A DNA stretch of 64,000 bases from Lama guanicoe. Lineage: Eukaryota. The stretch spans positions 12,165,175 to 12,229,174 of the forward strand of contig MU056000.1 in NCBI GenBank assembly GCA_013239625.1, in the 5' to 3' direction. A program made the position numbers and the translations under genes. Below, one piece after another: positions 37,915 to 51,297 of the stretch. Numbering within the stretch: the stretch's first letter is position 1; every line of letters begins with the position of its first letter. The notes below the pieces were generated by a model. It was not told where the DNA came from. It was given only the letters and a program-made list of their open reading frames with translations, and made no database searches.

Positions 37915-38112
37915 CCAGAAGTTCTCAGTTTTGCCCCCCAGGGTACAGTTAGCAAGGGTTGTAAACATTTTTGGTTGTCACGACTGTAGGGGAGGGGGAA
38001 GTGTGCCACTGACATCAAGTCAGCAAAAGCCAAGAATGCTGCCATTCTCAAAGGCCAAAGAATTATCCAGGCCAAATGTGAGGCATGCCAAGGCTGGGAT
38101 ACCCCGGTCTAG
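37915..38112 (-). mobile_element. MER20-like hAT MITE, opposite orientation
   Basis: ttttgccccccaggg...acatttttggttgtcacgactg...caaagaattatccaggccaaatg. Confidence 0.75.
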
Positions 38113-41100
38113 AAATGCCCTGACTGACGTGCCATCCAACCAAGGGCCTAGGCAGATGCTAGAAAAAAAATGATGACAGTCAGCCAATGCCTATAAGCAA
38201 AACCTCTTCATGAAACAAAGACAAGTCTTTCAGAAATAATTTAAAATTAAAAATATTGACTAGAGGTTAATCAAAGGTCAGCATGACAATGTTAGGTAGT
38301 TTAGTTTCTGATTCTTATTTGACCCAAGTTAGGAAGGGCGATGGTGACGAGGATAATGAAGATGATGATGACCAGGCGATGGGGTTGGCTAATGCTTGTT
38401 ACTGTTTCCTGATCGCACTGTATTATGGTCAAACAACATGGTCTATGCTATTCCCACTCTGTCTCCCTGGCCAGGCTTCCTGTACCCACTGTTTCATGTC
38501 TGGGCCACTGACACCCCACTGCTCCCCTCCTTGACGTCTCAGCCCCAATGTCACCCTCTCAGAAGGCACCAGTGGTCTTATCTAAAGGACACCTCGCTGC
38601 CTTCCTCCTAAGTCTATCACATGGGCTGTTGTCATAGCTCCTTAGGACAGGTTTGTAATCACGTATCTATTACCTTCCTTATTTAAAAACCATCTCACCC
38701 CTAACACTGGAACTTCTGGGCAATACATTTCAACTCTTTGGACCACAACCTGCAGTGAGAAATGTGTTTTACACTGTAAACTACTAGACATACAGTTTCC
38801 TGAGAGTTTCCTAAAACACTTAGCACAATGTTCGGTGCATCCCAATATTTTCTACTTAGGTGCCAACTGTGGCCCTCTACCCTGACTTCACACCTCACTC
38901 CTGTGGGCTGCAAAAACCACAGTCTGAGAACACTACCAGGGCAGCAAGCATGCCTATCTGGATCCTCAGTGCCCAGCCTTGACCCACTATTCAGACTCAA
39001 ATACTGAATTAATGGTCCTGGCCTTCAAAATGGGAGCAGTCTACAAGGAGAGACAGAGCCACGGGTCATGATCAAAACATGGCCTCAGGGTCAGATCTGG
39101 CTGGAATCACTTCTCCTAGATCTATGCTTTCATAGCGCAGGGACAATGAACAAGACACTTAACTTCCCTGGCCCATTATTTTTCTAGTGATAAAATAAGA
39201 ATGATGCTGTAACACCTAACTCATAGAATGACTGTGAAAACTGAAGAAAAGCATGTAGGTACAAGTCATGGCGATTGACACCAGTGAGGGCTCAATATAA
39301 GGTAGCAATTCCGACGAGGGGTTCATAATGCCAACATCATGGAACATTCTTGAAGGAAAGAATCAAGAGTCTTAGAGATGGAGGAGCCCCCACTCCTTAG
39401 ACAAGTCCTGTACACCAGCTGTGCAGGAGGAGAAGGCGCCAAGAGGGAGGGGTGGCTCATTCAGGTCTACGTTTTTTTTACGATGATCCTGACCAGTGTG
39501 GTATCCAATGAAAAACTACTTGATACAACACTTTCTTCTATTTTAATCCCTCTACACAAAGCTGGCTGGCCTAGTTTAGATTTTCCCTGGAATTCTACAT
39601 GGTGGGGGAGGGTGCCTCTCTTTAATTTACTTTCCATCTTTCATTTACTGGCTCTTGAATTAAAGTATGACCGATGAGAGAGGTTAAGACTTTTGCCTCC
39701 TGACCTGTGGCTAAAATGATCACGTAAACCAAGTTCCAGCTTCCTCACATTAAGGTCCACAGACTCCAACTTTCAATGGCTATAATCTTAGTCATAGAAG
39801 GAAACCAGCCACTTAACTGAAATTCTGCCTCGGCCTGTTTTGCCACTGCCCCAGGAGGCTGGAGAAAGTATGTGGGATACAGAAATGTAAAGCCCGCTTG
39901 GAAGTTCCACTGGAATCTAATCAAAAGCAAAATGATCCACGTCTCCTCTCCCAGGGTGCAGGGGAAAAATGCAACGGTGCTTCGCTTTCAGCTTCAATTT
40001 GTCAGAGTAAATACATCTTAATTACATGGCACCGGGGGTTTAAAATGACCTCTCTGTAAATAAATATTCTGTTACTTGAACCTCCCTCCTTGAGTTTGTG
40101 AGATAACTGACTTCTAAGTACAGATGAAACAAAGATTATTTTCTTTTAACTCAAACGAGTTGTGAGATTAAGTCATTTCAACGGTCAGCAGGTTTTCAAT
40201 GCCCATGGCATTTGGGGGCAAAACCAAAATAACCAAGAGGGGCGGGCAGAGGGCACTGGTACTTATTCAGTGCTGACTGCATGCATCAGGCACATCTGAT
40301 CCTCAGAAAGGGAGGAAACACCGCTACTCATTTTTTAAAGAATGAATTTAAAAAGATTCAGAGGAGTTAGGAAACCAACCCAACAGCACACAGCACAGCT
40401 AGCATTAAAATCGAGATCACGGAAAAGGTGCCTCCCACCTTAACAGGACTCTAGTTCAGAGGTGGCCTTTTGAATTCCAGCTCCACCAGCCCCTGGCTCA
40501 CTCAGAGGAGTAAAAGGTTAAGAACCCCTACCCTGCAAAGGAGAGCAGGGGTGGAGGCAGGTGGGGGCAGCACACGGTGCACTGCCTTCCCAGCGTGCTC
40601 AGTTTAATCTCTCTCTTATTCCATGATTTTTCATTTACTGACTCCAGTTCCCTGGGTCATTCGTGCCAGGCTGTGAGCTGGGCCCCAGGAATACAACGAT
40701 GAATTAAGCCTCCTCCCCTCACCACCACTTCAAAGAGCTTACTGACCACTGAGGGATCAGAAAAATAAACAGGCAATCCTAATCATATAGTGGGGGTTGA
40801 AATGAGGAAAGTCCCAGGGTGTGATGGGAACTACGAGGGATGGACCACGGCCAGGGAAGAGCAGATACAAAGTCGGGATGCAGCACAGGGCATCTGCTCA
40901 ATGGAAGGTGGCTAGGCAGGGTGTGGGAGGCTCTGCGTCCTGCAGGGCACTTGGCCTCTGACCTAAGCATGAGGACCATGGAAGCAGCCAAGTGATGGAG
41001 GGAGACACTTCTACATATTGATCATCACAGACAAGTCAGTATCAAACACGACACCAAGACTGTTTCTCATGAGATGAGATAATGAAGAAATCTCACTACA

Positions 41101-41612
41101 AAATGCAATTCAATGAGACCAACTTTCTAGAAACTTCACAGGAAAGCAATGTCTGAATCATGGCTAGGAGTGATCACTACAAACATTGTCCCCCAGATGG
41201 AGGGTTTTTTCTACTCTCAGGTGCACAGATAACATCGCCAAAAGCATCAGTGATGATATGAACAACCCAGCAAGGACAGCAGTCTCCGGCAGTCACTAAA
41301 GCTTAACCACTGAGTCCAGATCTTTTCTGATGACACTGCAGAGCGTACAGGCTGAAGGATTAAAAGGCTGAGGAGCCTGAAACACCCAGGAAGCTAATCT
41401 GTGGACACACATCTGCCCACGGACTTAGAACCCGGCCACACAACCAGCAAAGCTAAGACGGCAGTGCTAAATGCAACTCAGTCACTTGTACCCGCAACTG
41501 CCCGTCAACCAAGAAGGCCCGGAGGATACACTGACCCTGCCCTCTCCCCCTAGTGAATCTCAGAGACAAAAGGTAACAGTCACAGTGAGCTGGCACAGTT
41601 GGAAGGAATGGC

Positions 41613-41614
<2 letters not shown>

Positions 41615-41652
<38 letters not shown>
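41615..41652 (+). repeat. (AC)19 microsatellite
   Basis: Perfect dinucleotide run. Confidence 0.97.
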
Positions 41653-41656
<4 letters not shown>

Positions 41657-42124
41657 GAACATACTAGAGTATTGGCATATTAAGGAAAGTAAGATCTCAA
41701 ATCAGAATTTATGTGCAACATTAGGAATTGTGATTTTAGAGAATTATGTGCTGATTTCTTTTAAATGCTATATATTACTTTTCTATCTGTAAGAGAAAAT
41801 TTTAGGACAATCTGCTTTGCAAAGAAAATCATACGTGTTGCTCCACCTGTGCTCAAATACATATTCTAAAGCTTTCTCATTGTTCACACCACTACACGGG
41901 CCAACTCCACCCAGAAAAGGACCATGTTCATGCTTAAGGCAGTCTTTCCACATGGAAGAACTCAAGTGTTAAGAAAATGATGACTATATACTAATGTTTT
42001 CTCACTATAGAGTTATACTAAGGTAAATTTATGATGAAATTATACTCTGCACACACACAATATAATCCTAGGTTTTTTTTTAATACACACAAGTGCAAGC
42101 ACACAGATACACACATATCCCCGC

Positions 42125-42580
42125 ACACCAGCAACTGTACCTTGGGCATTTGTTCTAAATAAACAAAAACTTATATTTGCATAAAAACTTGCACATGGAT
42201 GTTCACAGTAGCTTTATTTATAATAGGCAAAAGCAGAAAGAGTCAATCCCAGATTACATGCCACATGATTCCATTTATGCAATATTCTTGAAATGACCCA
42301 ATTATAGCAAATGAAGGACAGATTGGTGTTGCTGGAGGCTGGGGGGGAGGGGACAGTTAAGGTATGTGGCTATAAAAGGGCATCACACTGGATCCTTGTG
42401 CAGATGGGAAGGTCCTGTGTCTCCATTCCATCTGTGTGATACCCTGGTTGGGATACTGTGGTCCAGTTTTGCAAGATGTTATCATCGAGGGAAACCAGGT
42501 AAAGGGTATGTGGGGTCTTTCTGTTACAAATGCATATGGATCAACAATGATCTTAAAACAAAAAGCTTAATTAAAAAAAG
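42125..42580 (+). mobile_element. L1MC-like 3' fragment
   Basis: cttgggcatt...gcacatggatgttcacagtagctttatt...atgattccatttat...gcaagatgttatcatcgagggaaac...gggtaaagggta-like segment. Confidence 0.7.
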
Positions 42581-45500
42581 AGCTTTAAAATACATGTATG
42601 CAAAAAGCCTTGAAGAGAATGTATCAGAACTCCAATAATGTGGTCATTTTTTTTAAATACTTTTCTATGACTTCTCTATTTTCTAAAAATTTTAAGTATT
42701 TCTAGGCTTAAAGCAAAATCAGTCCAATCAAGGTCACTATCAATGAACATATCTGGATACACATAATTCAATTAATCTTTTAAAAATGAATATTGTGGAA
42801 CTGCTTTTGAAAAATGAAACAAAATGAAATAATAAAGCTCCCCCAAGAGTCACCAGCTATTAGAAACAGAAAGGGCTTCTCTAACCCACTGGTGTTAAGC
42901 ATAGTCAATCTCAGCCCAGAGACACCCTAAGAAGCAAGACACCGGGATGGGGAGAAAGCCCAGAAGCCCCAGTTCCTGGCCCCATGCTCCTGAGACAAAT
43001 GGTCCACGGGTTCTTGCTTCTGAGGGTCCTTTACTTCTGCTGATGTCCTGGTCCTTGTTCTAATTTAAGAGCCCCTTTCCAATCCCTCTTTTCCCAGTTA
43101 TGAGCCCAGACCCTCATAGCATGAACTTAAACTCTGCCATTACAAATCTCCATTTCTATAAATCAGAACCACCCTGATGTTTCAAAAGCATCTCAAAACA
43201 AACAAACAAAAAAACCCAGAACAAAAACAGGCTTCCTCCACATCTTGTCCTCACCCAGTGCTCATTTCCCCATTCTTTACTCAGGTATGACACCTTCATT
43301 ACCAGCTCCCCAAGCGAGAAACCAAAGTCAACCTAACATTCCCCCTTCTGCTGGCCACCACGCCCACCTTCCAAGTCCCGGTGCTGAAGTGACCGACACC
43401 ACCTCAAACCCATCTTCTGTCTACTTCCTTCTCCCGCCTTGGCTGTCGCTCACCACTCACATCTGGACCCGACAACTGCTTCCTAACTAGTTTCTCTGCC
43501 TCCAGGGTCCCATGGCATGAATCCAATGGTTCTCAAATCAGAGGCCAAGAAACAATTTGAGTTTTAATTTTATATGATGAAAAAAAGCTTTTTTTTTTTT
43601 AAACTTGTTTTAATGACAAGTTTTCCTGGCCTTGGACAACTTAGAATTGAAAGAAACTTTCAGAGATGAAACTTTGGCTTCTTTGTTTGATGCTTCCCCA
43701 ACTGGAGATTGATTAAGGTCTTGAAGGGGACGCCACTCAAGTCTGCCCAGCACAGACTCGGACGGATCTGAACCATCTGGCCGAGTCATCTCAACCTGGG
43801 CCAGTTACTCTGCTTTCTAACCCTCAGTTTCATCATCTACAAAACTGGGATGATACTAATAGAGGAAGGAGAAAGATAACACACAGTTCTTGGTATTGAG
43901 TAAGCAACTCCAGTATTTCCATTGTTAGTTGAGTGACTGTTATCGGTGATGTAATCTGATCATGCCCTGATTGAAATTCTTTCTCAGTTGGTTCCCAATC
44001 ACTTCCAAGATAAAGAATTATCTTCTAACTGTGGTTTCCCCACAATACCTCTCCTCAGGGGCCCCTGCTGCTTCTGCCACCAAGCTGACTCCAGCCCTAT
44101 CCATCTCTCGCCCCCTCGCGCACCCCTCCCTGCGTTCCACGCTGCAGTGAACTCCCTGGGGTCCGTCCTGCACTCCTCTGGGTCACTCCCTTCCCAGTCT
44201 CAGCCGCCATGCCCAGCCTGAGTGCCCTACTCTCACAGCACCTTGGACAGAACCCTCTCCTATCACCACATTATACTAGAATCTCCTCTTTCTGATCTCT
44301 GCCTAAGAACCAGGCATGGGGAGCAAAACTTTCAGCTCCTGAGTGGACGCGGCTGATTTCCTGGGGCATCATGATGAGGATCTGGGGTTGCAGATGGGCC
44401 GGTGGGAAGCAGGGCAAAGTGTCGTGTCTACAGCAGTCAGGAGTGAGCTGCCGTCCTTGTACTGGACCAGGACCGTGTCTTGTGAACTTTCTGGGTCCTC
44501 ACGGCCTAGTGAAACGTCTGCACTCATGGCTGCCTTCAGTCTGCTACGAGGAGGAGCACGGCTGCCCTTCCCGGCACTGAGATCATAGAATGGGGCCCTT
44601 GCCTTTGTCCCCTAGAACCTAACTCCAAACACTGAGTTGTAAATGAACATTTTTCATTACTGGTTGTCCTGAAACTGCCTTCAACTGAATAATATGACAG
44701 TAATTTCTTGGCTGCTCTTAAGTGAAATGAAAAAGACATAGCTGAGCCAAATACGTCTTGGAGTTTTAAAACAGAGTCAAAATCAATTTTATGAATCCTA
44801 GCTTTAAGCCCTCTGTTGCATGCCACTCATTTTGAAGTGTCAAGTAAGAATTAAGAGATACCACGCAAAGTAGTTATTAATCCAGTGAACAAAAATAGAA
44901 TCGGAATGAGTCCAGATTCTAGACTGAAACCAGAAGTCATTTTTGGCTGTTAGTTTGGTCAAATAGCTACAAAGGGGCAAGAGGTCAGCTTGGCTCAAGC
45001 TGACGGTACAAGAATCAGGAGAAAACACACCATCCAGAATATAATAGGAAAGGAAAGCCTGGAACACAGGAGAGTGAACTCCCACACTTCCCCTGTGTGC
45101 CAACCCCACCCCCACTGCCAAGGAAATCTCTAGAAATGTCAGGAAAATGCTACTCGAGTTACTAGAAGCATTAGGAGGAGTCAGATGGCTGGAAAGAGAA
45201 AACACTGAAAAAACACAGGTCACTAAGTGAAGATCACAAAGATCTCTTTTAAAATGTATAATTAATTAAAAAAATATTACGTACTGAGATCAGTTTTCCG
45301 AGTACATGGACCATGAACTGAGTAAGGGGTTAAAAAGAATACTGCTGGCTTGTTTACTTCTGAAAAGTGTCAACAAGGAGTTGTTTCTTTGTAAATGTCT
45401 GTGAATGCAAAGGGTATGAAAGTCCTTCACACCTTCTGTTGGAAATTTGGTCTAAATATCTACAAGCCAGAGCACCTGAGGTTTAGAGAAAATGATGGGA

Positions 45501-47759
45501 ATCCGGTTGAAGGCTTCACCTTAAGAACTAAGATTATGGCAGGTTAAACCTGGCCATGTGTTCGTCAGTATCATCATTCTCTGCCTATTCCCTTCCCATC
45601 CTCCATGGAACTTTCCCAAAAAGGGAATTTGGGCATCCTTCCTTTCTGGCGATATCCTTATAAGCTTACATCTCTTCAAATTTTATTTTTTAGGTAAAGA
45701 TGGCTCTATAAGCCCTTATTTTAAACGTCTAGCTGCTACAAATCAAGTTAAAACCAATATATGGGAGGGAGAAAGGAGATTCAACATAGAGCTGTCTTCA
45801 CTTAAAAAATAAAAGAGGTGATTTAAAATGTTTAGAAGCTGCTTACATAACCCTAAAGACAGGATTCCCCACCACCACCCCGCAAACACATACAATAGTA
45901 TTATTCAGAAACAATACATGTTTTCAAACGAATTCAGTTTCAAAGCTGTTAAGGTCTTTTCATTGTGTACTAGAAGAATTAAGATATTATGGGTAATTAC
46001 TTAGTGGGCTGAGCTAAGCCTATTAAGATGGAGACAATATTTCTGTACAAAAGGTCAGAACAAATTACTAACAATATGAACAATTCTGTTAAGGAGGCTA
46101 TAACTCAACACTCAAGACAGATTTTCCAGATTTCAGAAAAACGGTTTCAAATGTCTCTCCTACCGGCACTGAAATTCACCTCCATAAATTTAATGCCCTT
46201 TAAATTATGCGTGAGCGGGCATGAAACAGCAAAGCTAGAGGTTAATTTTCATTCGAAATTTTTAAATGTTTCAGATTTCTCCAAGATGGGAAGGATCTGG
46301 GATTTCACCAGCTCCACAGACCATCAAAACGGAGGAGTCTTTGTGGTCTGAGACACTGATAACTAATTCAGACTCACCAACAAAGAAGTTCTATTTGAAC
46401 TTTTCACAATGGAAGCTGACTTCCCTGCCAACTCTTCTCGCAAACTGTTTTTCATTAATAAGTTTTTGTCAGTGTGTCTAATAATAAAGCCCATGAGCTC
46501 TTTGTCCTGGCTCATTATTCCAGACTCCAGCGGGCTCGGGCTTGGAGTTTAACTGGTCCGGCACCTATGTGCCCACACCCAGGAACAGCCGTGACGTTTC
46601 CTGCTGAGATTAGCACAGTATCTAATAGGCAACGAGGGTGAATCAGAGAAGCCATGAGACTAAGCTTTTGGAGGCATTGCTAGGAGCGGAGTAGTATTAC
46701 GTGACACATACAAAATCAGGTGGCCAGTATATTCTTGGTTTCACAGTATAAAGCAACTCCTTAGGAAAAGAGCACCACACAGAAAATCCTTCACAAGAAT
46801 GCATATACTTCTGACAATGTGTCCCCACACTAGCCTAAGTTTAAGTAAGTGTCATTTCTGATGCCGTGTGTGGACTGAGATGGGGGTCTAAGACTCACCT
46901 GCGCCTTGCAAAAAGCTCTTTTGTTCAAAATGTGTTGCCTCCTTGCCCAGCACTATGAGAGAAGCTAAGGAGATAAAGACAGAGGAGAAAGCGTGCTGAG
47001 AGCCAGGCAAGGGGAGGGGAGGACGAGAAACTGATCCTCCAAGTGCCTTTAAAAGCTGCTGTCATAAAGGAGCTGGGGCTCAGGCAGAGGGAGACCAACT
47101 CCACCAGCGAAATCACCTTCTCACAGGGGTCCCATCCCATCGGTGACGTGACCTGACATGAATCAATCCACTATTTGGAACCTTCCTAATCTGCCCCAAG
47201 TTGGTAAGAAACACTCGCCCTCTCCAGTTACAGGGCTGCGTGAGAATCAGACAGGTGGTTACCACGCACACATCAAGGGACCTGGGAGCTCAGGCATTGC
47301 TATTGCCAACAGAAGATGCCTGCCTCCTCCCATCGGCTCAACATGAAACTATCAAAGACTCGTTTTCCCTGGAAATCCGCTGTGGACTCTCGTTCCACCT
47401 GCCTGCTTCCTCCGATCCCCCGTGGCCTGAGCCCACCGCCACTCATTTAGGAGGCCAGTCCCTTCAGTCCCGGTAGCCAGCTGAAACCACACGCAGCTGG
47501 CCCAGCCAGGGCAGCACCGACCTCCACACATCACATGACCTTCAGTGTGCTCCGGCTTAAAGTGTGCTCCCCACTCCATCCTCCCTTTTTAAATATTTAG
47601 GACAATGTCCTAACCCCAATATTTCTGTAACCTGCGTGTGCACGTCGACACATGCATATATGCATAAACATACATACTCACACATACATGTATCATTACG
47701 GCAATTCTTATCTATGTAACCTGCCAGATACCTACATTCTGTCTGGCAGTCAGTCCTCT

Positions 47760-47875
47760 GGGAAGGTGCTATTCTAATCCCAATGTTATAAATGAGGAAA
47801 CTGAGGCCCAGCAAGCCTGCTTAACTTGGCCAAGGTCACACAGTACGTGACAGGCAGGGCTGGAAGCCAAAGGCA
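47760..47875 (-). mobile_element. MIR SINE fragment (other MIR remnants near 8490-8670, 17140-17228, 39085-39306, 43795-43862, 61805-61950)
   Basis: atgaggaaactgaggccca...taacttggccaaggtcacacag. Confidence 0.75.
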
Positions 47876-49537
47876 AGCCATCAGAGGATGTCGGACGACA
47901 GAAGTGCAGGCTGGTGTGCCCTCCAGGCATGTTTTACTTTCTTGTTTCAAAATAGGTTGTTTCGTTTATTTCCTGAAGGTTCTAGAACTCGCTTATCTAA
48001 TTTTCTAAATAATATTAAAACAGTCACTCTTGCCTGACCATTACTAAAAATGAAGTTTAAAAGAAACAGTGTTTCAAAACTACATCTATGCAAAGTCCTT
48101 GGACTTAGCACATCAATTATGCAGTGATGGGTAAAATTACAGATTTTCTTTTTTCTAAAGGAGTGAAATGGTCATGGGAAATAGAAAGTTAAACACTTAA
48201 CCAAAAGGCTGCTAAGTTCATTAACAGCATCAAAAGTAGTTTGCCCAAGTTAAGCTTGGGAGGTTAAGTGAGGACACCAACAAAAAATAATTACATGGTT
48301 ATTACGTAAGAACTTCAAATACTTAACCCATATTGCTTCATTATAATTTACCCCGACAAACAAAAAGATTGACACACAAGAGGGAAACCATGCACCACAA
48401 GAAAGGTGTGTTATCTGAAGTTACTGGATGAATCAGCTGCTGAAATGGTCACAAATCACGGTCCACGCCCCCTTTCTCTCTGTTCCTTCTCCTCCCCCCA
48501 AAAATTGTTCCATGTTTCTACCCAGCTTTTTTCATGAATCCTTAAAATGATTCTCTCAAACGACACTGCTAGAAAATCACTTTCTTCCAAGCAACTTACA
48601 TCCACTTTTCCCTTTGAATAGTTAATTCTTTATCTGACTCAGGGTTGGTCCACTGGGCCCTGAGAATTTTACATAAATCAAAGAAAAACACATTTCACTC
48701 CTATCAGATCCACATCACATATTAACACACATCTTTAATTTTTAGGGTTTTTTTTCGGCCTCAGAGCTAAGTGAAGTAAGTGCACAGAGAATGATTCCTG
48801 AAAATAAAGATTATATCCAGTGACTCCAAGATTTATCCATCACACCTTCTCCAATAACTTTGTCTAATTGTGACTATTTTTTAAAAAAGAGTCACTTAAA
48901 ACAGGCAACTATGTAATTATGGTATGAAATGAGGAATATTAATAAACGAAGCAAGAAAACTTAGGTTCTTTTTCTGCTAGTTCAATTAATCTACCAGAAC
49001 TAGCTGGTTGTTTTTTGAAAAGCAAAGCATGTGTGGCCTTACAACGTTATCACAATACAACACTGACATCAACAGGATTCTAGAACCTGATCTATACTCA
49101 GCCACTAATTCTAAGTGTCACCTTGTATACTAGCTTTTGTCCTTAAAACTAATGTCAACCCAACAGTGAAATTAGGTGAAAGTTACAGCGACATTAAGAA
49201 CACGTGTTATCCTAACTACATTTTTCTCAATGGTTCTAAAATCAAGGTTTGCACAACTCTGAAAGTTGCACAGAAACCACAGTTAACAATGGGGGAGTTG
49301 GGATTTCTGCCTGCCTCTCCTTACATAGTCTGTAAAATTTATAAACTCTACAACAGGATTTTATTCCAAAGCAGAGGAATTTCAGACACACATATATTAT
49401 ATATATACGTATATTTCCTTCTTGATTTAATTATCCTACAAAACCTATAACTGAAGCCTTAACTAGATATGTTAAAATGATTGAAAACCTTATCTTTAAG
49501 CAAAAGGAATGAGAGTGATTTAAAGTACCTGCTTCAG

Positions 49538-49644
49538 CGGGAGGGTGTAGCTCAGTGTCGTAGAGCGCATGCTTAGCACAATTCCCAGCACCTCCATTTG
49601 AAAAAAAAAAAAGTGGGGTGGGGAGGACAGAAAAAAAATAGTAA
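49538..49644 (+). mobile_element. Vic-1-like SINE with internal deletion
   Basis: GGGAGGGTGTAGCTCAGTG...GCTTAGCA[gap]CAATTCCCAGCACCTCC plus A-rich tail; 17-nt target-site duplication with 3 mismatches (taaagtacctgcttcag 49521-49537, taaagagcctgctacag 49645-49661). Confidence 0.8.
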
Positions 49645-50884
49645 TAAAGAGCCTGCTACAGAACTAAACCTCTCACTGAGGCAAGGGCCAGGAATTACAA
49701 ACCTGGAGTCGGGAGAGCAATTTCCCTTGTCGGGTAAAAGATCCCTATTGCTGAGTTAATTGGAGCAGGGACTTTCAAACGCTTAACTGGGGCTACTAAT
49801 TTTCAAGAGCCAAATGAGACACACAAGACAATGGACTGAGTTTTTCTTAAAGCTTATAAAAGGCTGCCCTTTATTTTGAAATTTTGTCCTTCCTGCCTTC
49901 AGTGTGTTAAAATCGCCTTTTAAAATTAAAATGATGGCCGAAAAGTTATTAAATCCCCTTACCTGACAAGATGAAAGATGAGATAACTCTGTGCTGGTCT
50001 CCTAGAATTTCTGGATGCAGGGATCCAAAGGCCTGGGCACCAATGAGATACAGGATCCAGCCAGTGGGAGCCGTAAATGCAGACCTATCGTACCCCAGTG
50101 TTCACGGCTTGTGTACGGCTTTTGTTTTCAAAGTAAAATGAGGCCAAGCAGAAAGTCAAGCTAATGAGAACACTGCTGTAAGAGTCACCAGAGTCAACAG
50201 GATTTCGATGCTGCTTCCTTCACACCAAGCTTTTCGCAACTCTGAAAACCACCCTGAAACCGCTGATGGATGACAGTCATTTCTGGGTGTGAGACACAAT
50301 GTTCTAGGATGGACCTGTCAAGTCTCTCTCCTTCCTTCCCTCCCACACCCAATCACAAAGGCTAACTCCAGGGAGCCACTACCACAAAAAGGAATTCTCC
50401 TAGATTATGATCATCCCTTCACTGATCATTGTCTGACGTCTGTATTATCTCGGTTCTTTGCTGTCAAAAGCAGCTAAAACAGGATGAAGAGAAGCTGGGT
50501 GGCCACCACGAGGTTCATGATTAGCCAGTTAGTATTAAAGGTGGGGAAGATCATCTTCGTTGTGTGGGGCTTGCCTTTGAGATGACGCTTTATTAGTACG
50601 TGACAGGTACTGAGGACACACCATGTCGGCACATCCCTCAAGCTCCCACATGCTCCCTCTCCATTCTTCAAGCCAACCCCGAGAGGTTAGTATCACCATT
50701 TTACTAATTGTCCATAGTCACTCAGTTTGGTGGCAAAGTCATAGCTGGGACCCTGCTCTTTGGTACCAGGTTCGTATTTAATCTCTTAAATATGCTTCTT
50801 CGGACTGTCAGACAGATCATGTCCCTGTACCCTCAAACACAGTGGTGACTAAATTCATCTGATACATCAATGAAGAGTGCTGTC

Positions 50885-51297
50885 TGTCACAGCAGCAAAC
50901 AAAGGATGCTGTGGCCATCAAGCCCTCAGCCACCACAGCCACTCCCAATCGGGCACCCAGAGGGGACTCGGGATAGAGAAAAGCAGGAGATACTGGCCCT
51001 AGGTAGCTAACGTGCGTATCAAAGGTGTGATTTCAATCAGCCCAGACTCTTGCATCTTCCCAAAGTGCTACATTCAAGAACTTGAAATGTCTGGTTTTCT
51101 TTCATTAACAGTAATCTTTTGATGTTCCGAGGACCTGGTTTTTGTTGTAAAAACTCCTATACATCCTGACTCCTCCCCTACCTCCTGGATCAGTCCCTCA
51201 GGGCTATATGAGAGGCTGTCTTCTAGACTTAAGTCCTCAGTTTTGTCTGCCAGATAAAACATAGTTCTCAACTTTTAGGTTGTACATTTTTTGCCAG
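50885..51297 (+). mobile_element. ERV1-class solo LTR (cetartiodactyl type, possibly MER41-like)
   Basis: Starts TG; contains a TATA-like ctatacat, cagtccctcagggctatatgagaggctgtctt, a polyA-like gataaaaca and terminal ctcaacttttaggttgtacatttt. The family name is from recall; no clear TSD. Confidence 0.65.

Noticed and set aside
30016..38112. Inverted MER20 pair around exon 3 as a circRNA driver
   Set aside because: Copies are too diverged for a stable duplex.
40232..40260. Extra CTCF-like match CGGGCAGAGGGCACT
   Set aside because: Lacks the 5' CCA part of the core; too weak to call without a scan.
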